Assembly: GCA_963693365.1 (NCBI GenBank)
Contig: CAVNZM010000012.1
Coordinates: 1,984,001-2,048,000, forward strand
Source of the DNA: Amoebidium appalachense
Lineage: Eukaryota > Protista > Ichthyosporea
Reading direction: 5' to 3'
DNA: 64,000 bases
Shown in pieces: positions 43,742 through 54,385 of this stretch (its first letter is position 1; each line of letters begins with the position of its first letter). The notes beneath the pieces were generated by a model. The model was given only the letters and a program-made list of their open reading frames with translations. It had not been told where the DNA came from and searched no databases. A program made the position numbers and the translations under genes.

Positions 43742-44201
43742 ATTGGCCGCCTTGTGCGGCAACTGGCTTTTTGGAACCGAATTATCATTGGCCGCCTTGT
43801 GCATCCGCATTACTATTGGCCGCCTTGTACAAGGAATTCGGAATTCGAATTCTCATTGGCCGCCTTGTGCACACCGTCGCATTCCTTTGATCTCAGAACC
43901 GTGTACGTGTCGCATGTGCGCGTGCGTGCACGCGCACACATGACACGTTTTCCCTTTAATATTTTAATTAAATCCACGTGCTCTGCACGTGTTTATGCAC
44001 ACACACACAGTGTGTGCACGTGCTCCTGTACATATCCATACCCATATCCATATCCTAATCACAATATACACCCATATCATACTGCATATCGCCATATCCC
44101 ATATGCATATCTGCCATATCCTAAGGGGTGCGCCACCCTGCGTTAGTGACGTCACACTTTGTGACGTCACTAACGTGGGGTGCCGCGCCCCTTAATGTAG
44201 T
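43742..44201 (-). repeat. Right TIR of copy B (460 bp)
   Basis: Reverse complement of 14841-15300. Confidence 0.97.
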
Positions 44202-44203
44202 AT

Positions 44204-44464
44204 ATGACGCCAGCCGACTCTGGTCCGCAAGATTCACCCACCCCCACCTTCGAAGTGGCAAAAATTATTGCCCACAAGTACGACTCGGCAACTGCCCAAG
44301 CCCTTTACAAAGTTCGTTGGAAAGGGTACACGGCTAAGAACGACACCTGGGAACCTCACTCCGGCCTGCAAGACACAGCCGCAGGAGCACTCACAGACTA
44401 CCTAGGTACTTTGGTGGCCGGCCCTGCCAGCCAGCCCGCACGAAAGAAGCGCCGACGTCGCTAA
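44204..44464 (+). pseudogene. Displaced C-terminus of Gypsy Pol: chromodomain plus basic NLS-like tail
   Basis: FEVAKII...YKVRWKGY...DTWEP and RKKRRRR; in frame with pol once copy B is removed. Confidence 0.93.
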
Positions 44465-44515
44465 CTTCCCTCAGCCTGGTGGTTTACCGTCTCCAGACCA
44501 TACCACCAGGCTCCC

Positions 44516-44528
44516 GAGAAGGGGGGAG
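44516..44528 (+). promoter_or_regulatory. Polypurine tract GAGAAGGGGGGAG
   Basis: Abuts the 3' LTR. Confidence 0.9.
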
Positions 44529-45138
44529 TGTAAACATCTGTACACGCCGTACATGTTTACTATTACGAATATACTGTACATATCATAGTGATCACGTAGA
44601 TATTGTGTACATATGATCAGATCAATATCACACGCGACAGCCGCGGGCTGCGGCTCACGACTGAGCCGCGGCGCCGGCAATATGCAGTGGCCGTGCAGTC
44701 AGTATGAACCAATAGAATTCGAGAACCGCTAGGATAGGAATGCAAGTCTCATCCACTACGGAGGCGACATCTATAGCTAAACGAACGGAACCAATAAGGA
44801 AATCAGACCCAGTTGCATAAACCTAAACGGGCTTAAGTATTGACCAATCATTTGCCACAAAGTTATCCTTTTAGTTAGCTTCATGTTATTGGTGCACTGT
44901 GTGCACATAAAGACGACCGCACTCTTCTGACTGGTCAGAAGTCACGAAGGCATCAATGCCACCCATCCAGATGATCCGGAACCTGGGGGCTATATAAACA
45001 AGCCGTCCCAGTACGGGGGATCACTCTGAACGAGCACATTAAATAGTAACCTGGCCGCGTGTGCCTTACTACCCGTTCTCTGTCTTTATTCTGATTCAGT
45101 TGTTCTCTGCCTTATCCCAACTAGTTCAACTGTTTACA
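44529..45138 (+). repeat. 3' LTR (610 bp)
   Basis: Direct repeat of 7535-8144. Confidence 0.97.
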
Positions 45139-45143
45139 GGCAC

Positions 45144-45510
45144 CTACTTCAACGTGACGTTGGAGCTCCCCAACCCCCTTGGCCGCAACCCCTGCCTCTT
45201 CAAGCTGGGCAACAACGCTGCCTCCATCGACGAGTTTGTGGAGTTTATGAACTCCCAACGTGCCAAGTGCCGTGAGGTGACTGCCTGGGTGTCTGCAGCT
45301 GCCACCAGCGTCATCTACAACAAGAAGAACAACACTGTGCGTTCCAAGCTCGTTGCCCGCAAGGTTCAGGTGTTTGACTTAGATGGCCTGATGGAGCTGG
45401 CTGGTGGTGAGGGGGGCGAGGGGGAGGGGGGTGATGTAGACTTGGGGCAGGCTAAGCGTGCAGGCACGCCCATGCCCGGTAATGACGATGCCAAAATGCT
45501 CAGAATGTAA
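45144..45510 (+). pseudogene. Copy A ORF1, 3' part
   Basis: YFNVTLELPNP... matches 16066-16433. Confidence 0.9.
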
Positions 45511-45833
45511 TGACACACGACTGTATATTGAGAACATATTTGTCTACGGGTGATTGCCACGAAATAAACGGTCAAAAAACTTGTGTTTTTGGGGAAAAAC
45601 GAACACTGTGAGCTATGTGACCGACTTGACTTGTGGCGCAATGAGAGGGAGTGTCAAAGACTTGCGCAAGTATGAGCCGATGAAATTTTGCGAATTTATC
45701 TCCAGGAATGCCCAGCATGTCGTTTTTTCTTCTCTTTCCCTGTCTTTCTCAAAAAAAAACTTGAAAATCCTTTTCAATCATCTCTTTTCGTAGAAAAAAG
45801 TCTTTTAAAGTTTTTGTTACCGTAGTAGACAAA

Positions 45834-45878
<45 letters not shown>

Positions 45879-45986
45879 CTCGTTTCCTTTCGTTAGTTTT
45901 GTGAAAAAACTTGAAAATCCTTTTCAATCATCTCTTTTCGTAGAAAAAAGTCTTTTAAAGTTTTTTTGTTACTTAGACAAATCTTT

Positions 45987-46032
<46 letters not shown>

Positions 46033-46054
46033 GACTTAGGGTCAGAAAGCAATC

Positions 46055-47098
46055 ATGCCTCCTCGTCGTAGACAACCCACTTCTCGTTTCATGAGAAAGG
46101 CAAAAAGCCCAACCAAGTTTGACCAATTTTTGAACCTCTTTTGTGTTGCGTACGTGGCTGTTTTCAACGCAGCATACGAGTACATTCAGTACATCACAAA
46201 GGGTGATTGGGCCCAGCGCCCACGTTGTCCCAACCTGGTGGAGTGCTATCATAACTGGGCAGAGGCTGAGGAGACACTTATCGAGGCAAACGTTGCAGAG
46301 AAGGACGAGATTCTGGAACGTGAGCGTCTGATTAGTGCCATACAGATTGGCGTTGTGTCATGGTCATTCTCGCAGAAGGAGGCCCTACCGGGGGTTCTAA
46401 ACGAGGTTTTTCATACGGACGTGTTTAAGTGGGACTGCAAGGACGGGGTGTGGTCGGTCGGCATCGCTGTGCCTGTGTATGACACCGGTATGGATGATGG
46501 TTATGGCGAGGCCGAGTCGATCTTTAAAGACCGTGACGACACGTTCACTTTCACCCGCAAGTGCTTCGATTTCATGCAGGGGGTGGTCAACATACTCGAA
46601 CGGGCCGGGAAGTTAGATTTGATGCTACACCAACACGTCATCGACACCTACACCGACACCATGGATATTTGGGGAGCAGCATGCAAGTACAAAAAGTTTA
46701 TCAATGGAGAGTGGTTTGCCCCCGTCATACCCATGTACGACTTCTACCCGGCATCCAGACAGGAGAAACAGGTGGAATTGGGTAGAGAGACGGTCGAGAA
46801 GGTCATGGATGCCCTCGAGCTACTTACCCATGGACACGTTGCCTACCCCCGTGACATTATGGACCTGCTGAACGAATGCATCGGCATACCTCAGCTGTTT
46901 AGTGTGGTTTACGAGAGAGTCAGCAAGAGCACACGGTATGCTAAAAAACGCCCCAAATTCCAGAATTCTGTGATGAGAAAGACGGAGTATGTGTCGGTGT
47001 GGACCCTTATACTGGCAGCCCCACCCGAAAGCCCCAACGCACCCGCCGAGCGCCAACCCATCACACTGCAGAAATTAATGCTTAAAGATGGGGAGTAA
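46055..47098 (+). CDS. Copy A homolog of 16987-18030
   Basis: One amino-acid difference (T/A). Confidence 0.8.
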   Translation: MPPRRRQPTSRFMRKAKSPTKFDQFLNLFCVAYVAVFNAAYEYIQYITKGDWAQRPRCPNLVECYHNWAEAEETLIEANVAEKDEILERERLISAIQIGVVSWSFSQKEALPGVLNEVFHTDVFKWDCKDGVWSVGIAVPVYDTGMDDGYGEAESIFKDRDDTFTFTRKCFDFMQGVVNILERAGKLDLMLHQHVIDTYTDTMDIWGAACKYKKFINGEWFAPVIPMYDFYPASRQEKQVELGRETVEKVMDALELLTHGHVAYPRDIMDLLNECIGIPQLFSVVYERVSKSTRYAKKRPKFQNSVMRKTEYVSVWTLILAAPPESPNAPAERQPITLQKLMLKDGE

Positions 47099-47526
47099 GC
47101 ACACACACACACACACACACACACATGCACACATGCACATGCACACTTAAATCGTTGTCTTCTTAGGCACACACACGTGCAGGCACACGTGTGCAATGCA
47201 CCGCAGTAGTCTTGGGTTTGTACTCAGCTTGTTTTTCGTAAAAATAAAAGTTTATTTTTGCCGTCGATTGTCTTTGTAAAAAAGAAAAAACGTGGAAATA
47301 AAGGGCTCTGCCCATTGTCTTCACAAAAAAACGTGTCTATGGTCATGGACGAGCTGAGAGGGTAAAAAACGTATAAAACGTGCAAGTATAGGGCACAGCC
47401 CTGCACGGTCACCCCTAACCTAACCACTTAGGTAGATGACGTCGCTGTTCACAGTCTTGAGGAGGGAAGAAGTACGGGGCTTAGACACCTGGACCCCACC
47501 GTAGAAGTAGCGAGCACCGTGGGCCA

Positions 47527-48006
47527 TGTAAACAGTTGAACTAGTTAGGATAAGGCAGAGTACAACTGAATCAAAATAAAGACAGAGAACGGGTAGAAAG
47601 GCACACGCGGCCAGGTTGCTTTTACTATGGGCCGACTCAGTCTGTCTCAGACTTCACTGATGTGATCCCCGTACTGGGACGGCTTTGTTATATAGCCCCC
47701 AGGTTTCGGATCAAGGCCCAGGATTGGTTCATCCGCGGCCAGCGCGGGTGGCAACATGCCATTCGTGATTCTGGTGCGGTCCGAGCCAGTCAGACCTTTG
47801 TCCTATTTATGCAAACCTCTTATTGGTTCACTTCGTTTATGTGGTATGCAGCTGAAGAACCATATATGGTTCAATTCTTAGGTCAGAGTAAGTCCTATTG
47901 GTGCGGACATAATATTTATGTGATATTCATGACAAAGCACGAATCGTGTGGTAGTAGATCACATTCTTTAGTAAACATGTACAGTTCAGGTGTACAGTTG
48001 TTTACA
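47527..48006 (-). repeat. 3' LTR of non-autonomous element (480 bp)
   Basis: Direct repeat of 50602-51229 without the 148-bp duplication. Confidence 0.95.
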
Positions 48007-50601
48007 CTCCCCCCCTTGTCGGGAGCCTGGTGGTGTCGTTAGACAAGCAAACCACCAGGCTGAGAGGCGATAAACAACCTTCAGCGAGAATTCTTGTGTG
48101 TGCCGAGCTGCTGGACAGAACAGAGCAAGGACGGTGGAATAGAGTTGTGCACGTCTATGAGCACTTCTTCATTTGCCAAAACGTAAATTCATGCAGCATT
48201 CTTCTGTGATTTCATTTTCGTGGCGAAGATTGTTGCAGAGTGTGCGTGCGAATAATTCGCTAAGCCTTCGTCTCTGTGCTTGGCTTTTCTGTAGAAGTAG
48301 TATTTTCCTTTTTGGGAATTTTTCCTTTTTAGGATACTCCCGCAGATTCGTTTTCAATTGCGAGTAATTTGGTTGTGTGGATGAATGATCATACCAAACA
48401 TTCGATAATGAATATAACTCAAGCCTTAGGTCACTTCGTACTCAGGTAGTGGTGGATAGCTTCAAGGCTTAGCCACTGCTCCTTATCCCGGTTCTACCTT
48501 AAGACTGTAAGGCGAGTCACCATGGCCGGAAAAGCCACTTCTTTCATGAACAAAGAGCACTTCTTTCCTTTCAGCTTTAACCCTGCATCATCGGAGCCGG
48601 GAATAACATGAATAAAAATGCCCTAAGTGTTCTTCGTTGGGCGACATAAAGAAATATATCAGCCCGTCAGAACCAGTAAAAACCCGGTTCATAATTCATA
48701 AGAAGAGGGTAGGCAGAGCAAGTCTTCTTCAGAAAACACATGCTTCCATTCGTGAGCAGTTTTCGTATCCCATTTGCCAGCCATTTTCGTTGAGCAGGGG
48801 GATTCCAGGCATAATACATTCTTCTGGAGGCTTGGCCTAAAAAGAAAAGTCGTCGGAGTCGCCCTTTCTTTTGTAAGCAACTTCGTGAGCGCGCTTCGTG
48901 TTTTCATATCCTCCAGTGCAGGTCTGGATGGTGCCCCATCCTCTGCTTCATTTGTAGGTGGCCCTACTGTAGGTTCTGTTCGTTGTGTGGAATACCAAAA
49001 CCATTCGTATTCGTGGAACTGCTTTGTGCTGTGCTTTCTTTCGTGTTGGTGTTCATGAAGTTACCCCGTTCACACACCCTACTTCTTACATACATTAGAT
49101 GTAAGTAGCTGCCTGGTGAGTGTGTGGTTCGTGTTCGTGGCATTCTTCTGTTCCTTCGTGAGAAGAATATTCGTTTTAGCAGAGGTGCCCAATAAGGCAG
49201 CTTGTGGGGTTGTCTCCCGCATGTGCCCATTGGTGGGGTATGCACGTGCTAAATTGTTACAGTGTCATCATATTGCAAGGGAATAACATGGTCACCTCCG
49301 TACCAGGGCCTAGTAGGTACACATGATGGTCCGATGTGTTAGTCAACAACACCTTGCATTCGTATTCGTATTTGTCTTCCACGTCACTTTCTTCAGTAGT
49401 GAAGGAGGGTATTCGTAATTCGAAACTGAAAGGCTTCCAGCCAAAATACTGACACTGTATGATGGGGTTGTGAGGGAGCGGTGCCCATACCACATTCTTT
49501 TGTTCTGGTGGGGGTGTGCCGGCAGCTAGTGCAAGGCTTGACAGTGTAATTGGTATGTTACACCGTATTGCCACAGACGGGCATTCACCTTAAAATTCGT
49601 ACCCAACACCTTCTTTGTTTTTCACATGCATGAACAAAAGTTCTGCATCGACTTTATTACATGCCTTTTGTGCACCAAGAGTGCAAATTCGTTAGGGCGT
49701 GGCACCAGGAAGGGCCGCCATACATGAGTCAGGCATATGTTCGTAATGTGTTTAGGCATGCCAGCATACATTCATGCGCATGTTGTGCATCCTGGGCGCT
49801 AAACTATGGGGCATGCTGTATTCGAGAACAGCAAGGGATTCGAAGCATGCATGCAACACTACTTTCATAAGATCTTAGGTCCTACATGCTATAGCAACAG
49901 CGACTATCTTCTTCGTTAAGTGCATTTGTGCTGAAAGTGGCCGTGCATCTGGCTTGCGAGTGTGGACGTGCATGCGGTGGCATGGACACGATGGCAGTGT
50001 GCAATAGGGCAATGCACGCAAGGGCAACGGTTTTATTTTCTTCCTAACATAGAGGGGGCTGTGTGCATTGCAACCCAAGCAGTGTTGTGCATTCGTCCTT
50101 TCATTTTCGTATTTCCAGTTCATTTTGCTTTCGTTTTTCGTTTTTTGTCGTTTGATAACTTCGTTACTTCGTTTTGTTTTCGTGTTGCATTCATTTCGTA
50201 TTTCCTCTATGCAATCGTTTGTCGTTAATTCTTTATTTCATTGCGTATTCGTGATGGTTCGTTTTTCGTTGGTTCATTGCTTCGTTAGCAATTCTTTATT
50301 CGTTTGTTCGTGTATTCGTTGTTTCGTTGTGTATTCGTTTTTCTTCACATTTTTGATGTGTCGTAGCAAAAGAAGTTTTACATGCTTTCAATTCTTTCCG
50401 TGTAGGTGGGCTGGCCACTTCAAACTTGTAGGTGTATATATTCTAAGCCGGACAAGGAAAGATGTGCCTATCATCGGGGTAAAAAGGATTGTGATCGGCC
50501 ATGGGAGATTCTTGAGCTGATTGAAAGATGTGAGATTCTTGAACTGATTGAAAGATGTGAGATTCGAAGGATGCGAGATTCTTGAACTGCGCGGTCGCCA
50601 A

Positions 50602-51229
50602 TGTAAACAGTTGAACTAGTTAGGATAAGGCAGAGTACAACTGAATCAAAATAAAGACAGAGAACGGGTAGAAAGGCACACGCGGCCAGGTTGCTTTTAC
50701 TATGGGCCGACTCAGTCTGTCTCAGACTTCACTGATGTGATCCCCGTACTGGGACGGCTTTGTTATATAGCCCCCAGGTTTCGGATCAAGGCCCAGGATT
50801 GGTTCATCCGCGGCCAGCGCGGGTGGCAACATGCCATTCGTGATTCTGGTGCGGTCCGAGCCAGTCAGACCTTTGTCCTATTTATGCAAACCTCTTATTG
50901 GTTCACTTCGTTTATGTGGTATGCAGCTGAAGAACCATATATGGTTCAATTCTTAGGTCAGAGTGAGTCCTATTGGTGCGGACATAATATTTATGTGATA
51001 TTCATGAGCCAGTCAGACCTTTGTCCTATTTATGCAAACCTCTTATTGGTTCACTTCGTTTATGTGGTATGCAGCTGAAGAACCATATATGGTTCAATTC
51101 TTAGGTCAGAGTGAGTCCTATTGGTGCGGACATAATATTTATGTGATATTCATGACAAAGCACGAATCGTGTGGTAGTAGATCACATTCTTTAGTAAACA
51201 TGTACAGTTCAGGTGTACAGTTGTTTACA
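50602..51229 (-). repeat. 5' LTR of non-autonomous element (628 bp, with internal 148-bp tandem duplication)
   Basis: GAGCCAGTCAGACC begins at both 50858 and 51006. Confidence 0.95.
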
Positions 51230-52518
51230 GGCCATCTTGTTGTTGTTGTTGTTGTAGGTGATGTTTCTGTTGCAGCTGCTGCAGATGGTGTAGAGGGGGG
51301 CACGGTTCTCCTTGTGATCTGGGGCAAGCTCCGGGACAGACTTGCGCCGTGACGGGGCCTCCTTGGCAATGTTTTTCTTGATCAACCCTGCAAAGTGAAT
51401 CTTTTGACCTAAACCACACGCACGCTCCTCTGCAATAGTGCGCAGCAGGGCCTGCATTTCATGCAGGATATCCAGGGGAACCCCTTTGAAGATGGGTGTG
51501 GACTTTAACTTGGCAGCCTTGGCAGTGGCCACCATGGCCTGCAGGAATCCTACAAGAACATGGGCCAGGAGGTGCACAAGCTCGTCCTCACGGTAGGGAG
51601 ACACAGTCCCTGACTTGCACATAGCGGCAATGGGCTGCCAGCCGTCCTCTACCTGGTGCATGTACCTGTGGATGTAGTCGCCAACCAGCTGAGGATCTGT
51701 CTCGGCCTTGTACCTGATAGACCTGTCGTGCTCGTTGAACAGTGGCAGGAGGAGGTCTACCACAGCAGCCGCCACCCCCTTGAGCATGAGGGCGTTGCGG
51801 CACGCGAGTGTTAGCTTAATCGAATCGGTGTGCAAGTCTGCCAGGTCTGCCAACCCACGTACGTTGTCACGCAACAGTGCCTCAGGCAGCCACATCCCAA
51901 CAAAATCGTTGTGACCAGCGAAGCGTTTCTGGAAGTAGACTTTCCCCCCTGGGTTGTAACCAGCCTGGAAGAAGCCATCAACCGTGGCGGGATGGAGGTA
52001 GGCCGAGTTCTCCACAACACCGGGCTGTGCAGCATACCCCTCAGCCAGTGTGCGGTGGAGCTTGTAGAAGGGGTCAGGAACAAGGGCGGAAACATCTATG
52101 TCGGCCCAGGAGAAGGTGCGTAGATCATTGAAACAAGGATAGCCAAAGGATGTGACCATGGGTGTAGGTACAGAAAGGGCGGATGCTGCAGCAGCCTGAG
52201 CAACAGCTGTACCATTGCAAAGAGGGGGTAGGGGAGAGAGAGGGTTCATGTTTAAAAAGTTCGCTGTTTGCAAAAAGGCAGGCTAGAGTGGCTTAGAATA
52301 AAGGAAAAATGTTTGAAGAATGGACCGTTTGCAGGTGGTTTTTTGTGCCCTCCGGCACACATGCTGCCATTGCTCCAAACTTTGGTGACTCGCGTTGCAC
52401 TAGGCGGCCAATCAAAGCGCAGGAAGGCTACCAATGGAATGAAAGTCAACAAACCTTATTGGTTCCTCGCACCGCCCGCCAACGGTGTTTCCTGTGTGCA
52501 CTTACCATATATGGGTTT

Positions 52519-53133
52519 TCAATTAGCTCTGCGACCCGAGACGTGTGGCGGCCTGGCTGGTGGCCAGACGTAGGGTTTGCCACCCACAAGCACCTGTGCA
52601 CCGCCCCCTCCGCCCCCTCTCCACTCATAACCACCACCTGTGTGCGGGCGTGTACCCGTGGGCACACTGCCCCCACCACCACTACTGCCTGCAGCGTTGT
52701 ATGGACCATAACCCGCAGCATTCTGTGCAGTGTGTAGCATATAGTTACCCGCGTCCCTTGTGCCATTCCTCAGTGTCTTCCACGCGCTGAACGAGCCATT
52801 CTGGATCCCCTGACCCACATGCTGTGTGCCCTGCAGGGCGGCATCGCCTGTGGCACGTGCGGCCCCTTTGAGCCCCTTGAACGCTGTCCCCCCCACCTCC
52901 CCGGCCTTTTCTGCACTGTAGGTGGCTGCATCTGCTGCCTTGTTGTACATGTCGTTACCCACCCCCCTTGCTATGTCCCCCTTGTGTTTCCACGCATAAT
53001 ACCCCCCTGCCCCCAAGGCAGCACCGCCTGCCAGAGCCCCCACCCACTTAGCCACCTCTGACGCCTTGTTTGGTTGGTTTTGCACGTAGATGACGCGCGT
53101 GTTTCCGTTCCTGCCTCGCGATGACACACCCAT
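52519..53133 (-). CDS. Copy A Gly/Ala-rich protein
   Basis: Homolog of 19749-20363. Confidence 0.75.
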   Translation of the reverse strand: MGVSSRGRNGNTRVIYVQNQPNKASEVAKWVGALAGGAALGAGGYYAWKHKGDIARGVGNDMYNKAADAATYSAEKAGEVGGTAFKGLKGAARATGDAALQGTQHVGQGIQNGSFSAWKTLRNGTRDAGNYMLHTAQNAAGYGPYNAAGSSGGGGSVPTGTRPHTGGGYEWRGGGGGGAQVLVGGKPYVWPPARPPHVSGRRAN

Positions 53134-53202
53134 GGTGGTGGTGTGGCTTGCACTTTTACTTATGTGGGCATATTATTTTTTATTGCCAGAGTCATGTTCC
53201 TG

Positions 53203-53472
53203 CTAGCGCACGACCCTGCCATGTGCACGCCTGAGTGCTGCAAAGGTAGGGCGTCTCCGGGTACTAGGAGCACGGTTGCCTGCTGAGGAGCCAGCCACAG
53301 TGGTTGGTTTAAGGAAAGAAGGGTGGCGTGTGTTGCGTGGACATATACTGTCTGCAATGGATCTTGCCATGGCCTGCTGGCCATAAAAGCTTAAGTCTGT
53401 GCGCGTGGCGTTTGACGTGCGCTCAGTGAGGGGTTGAAATTGGTCATTGAGCACAACTTGGTAGGTGGCCAT
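53203..53472 (-). CDS. Copy A small basic protein
   Basis: Homolog of 20433-20702. Confidence 0.6.
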   Translation of the reverse strand: MATYQVVLNDQFQPLTERTSNATRTDLSFYGQQAMARSIADSICPRNTRHPSFLKPTTVAGSSAGNRAPSTRRRPTFAALRRAHGRVVR

Positions 53473-53522
53473 GGTGGTGTGCTGGTACCTTATACACTCT
53501 ACCACACATTTTTATGATCTGG

Positions 53523-54068
53523 CTAGAATTCCAACCCCAGCACACCCCCTGTCTTTGAGCTGCGCGGGTATGTCTCAGGCACCCACGACACTACACGTGG
53601 GCCACCCACTTGCTGGGGCTCTGTAAACAGAAGCAGGCACACGCCCTCTGGTGATGGTCTCTTGAACCCCTCAAACTTGACCCTGCCCCGCAAAATGCGC
53701 ACCTCTGCAGCGTACCTAAACGCCAGGTCATGAAACCAGCGTGCCTCTGTGCGTGCAGGTACAAGCAGTACGCTCTTTCTACCCTTTGACATGTACATCT
53801 GTATGGCCTTGCGTATGAAGGGGGAAATATCGGAGAACGGTGGGTTGACATAGCTGATTTTCTCGCTGGACCACACACTGTCATCTGTGAGTGCGCAAGG
53901 GTCCTCCCCCTCTCGCCAGGTGATGGGGCAGGGGTCATTGAGTGTGCCAAACTCTTTTTCAAGCGCTTCCAGCAGCCATGCAGGCGTCTGCACCTTGTCT
54001 GTGTCCACACCGGTCCTCCTCTTGTCCACCGTCGACTTGTACACTCCGCAGCAACTCCCAAGCCCCAT
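53523..54068 (-). CDS. Copy A Dam-type N6-adenine methyltransferase
   Basis: NPPF intact; homolog of 20753-21298. Confidence 0.9.
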   Translation of the reverse strand: MGLGSCCGVYKSTVDKRRTGVDTDKVQTPAWLLEALEKEFGTLNDPCPITWREGEDPCALTDDSVWSSEKISYVNPPFSDISPFIRKAIQMYMSKGRKSVLLVPARTEARWFHDLAFRYAAEVRILRGRVKFEGFKRPSPEGVCLLLFTEPQQVGGPRVVSWVPETYPRSSKTGGVLGLEF

Positions 54069-54385
54069 GATCACACAGTCCCGCACCTGTGTGCTGTGAA
54101 AATTTCGCGGGCCACGGGCCGGGCCGGATCCTGCCGGGTCCGGGTCGGAGCGGGCCGTAAATGGGTCGGGTGGTCCGCAAAGGGCAGATTCGGGTCAGGA
54201 CCAGTGGTCCGCACATGGAGGATTAGCCTGATTTGGCAGGTGACCAAATAGGGCTAGTTTTGACGGTTGCGGGTTGGTGGGGCGTCGCCTGTTTGCGCAA
54301 ACATTCCATTAAACCAATTTAAAACATAATTGCGGTCGCTCATTGGTGGGGAGTCTCTGTTTTTTTCAAGACATGGGAGGCTGCC

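Larger units (their letters stand above)
14841..44201 (+). mobile_element. Endogenous Polinton/Maverick-like virus, copy B (complete, 29,361 bp)
   Basis: 460-bp TIRs ACTAC...GTAGT; TSD ATATG (14836-14840 and 44202-44206). Removing it restores pol ...DDVDMTPADS.... Encodes pPolB, integrase, ATPase, MCP and mCP. Confidence 0.98.
7535..45138 (+). mobile_element. Ty3/Gypsy LTR retrotransposon with chromodomain (8,238 bp after removing copy B and one TSD)
   Basis: TG...CA 610-bp LTRs, 5-bp TSD GGCAC (7530-7534 and 45139-45143), PBS, PPT, domain order gag-PR-RT-RH-INT-chromodomain. Confidence 0.97.
47527..51229 (-). mobile_element. Non-autonomous/decayed LTR element related to the Gypsy element (3,703 bp)
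   Basis: TG...CA LTRs; TSD GGCCA (47522-47526 and 51230-51234); same PBS (50584-50600); PPT at about 48007-48017; pol remnants such as YECKVLLTNTSDHHVY but no long ORF. Confidence 0.95.
47420..52249 (-). pseudogene. Copy A homolog of 18358-19479, split by the non-autonomous LTR element
   Basis: 52249-51230 and 47526-47420 reconstruct the ORF. Confidence 0.88.

Noticed and set aside
7535-45138. Giant 37.6-kb retrotransposon carrying the virus as cargo
   Set aside because: Copy B has its own TIRs and TSD and breaks pol. Later insertion is simpler, and an RNA of that size with many antisense genes is implausible.
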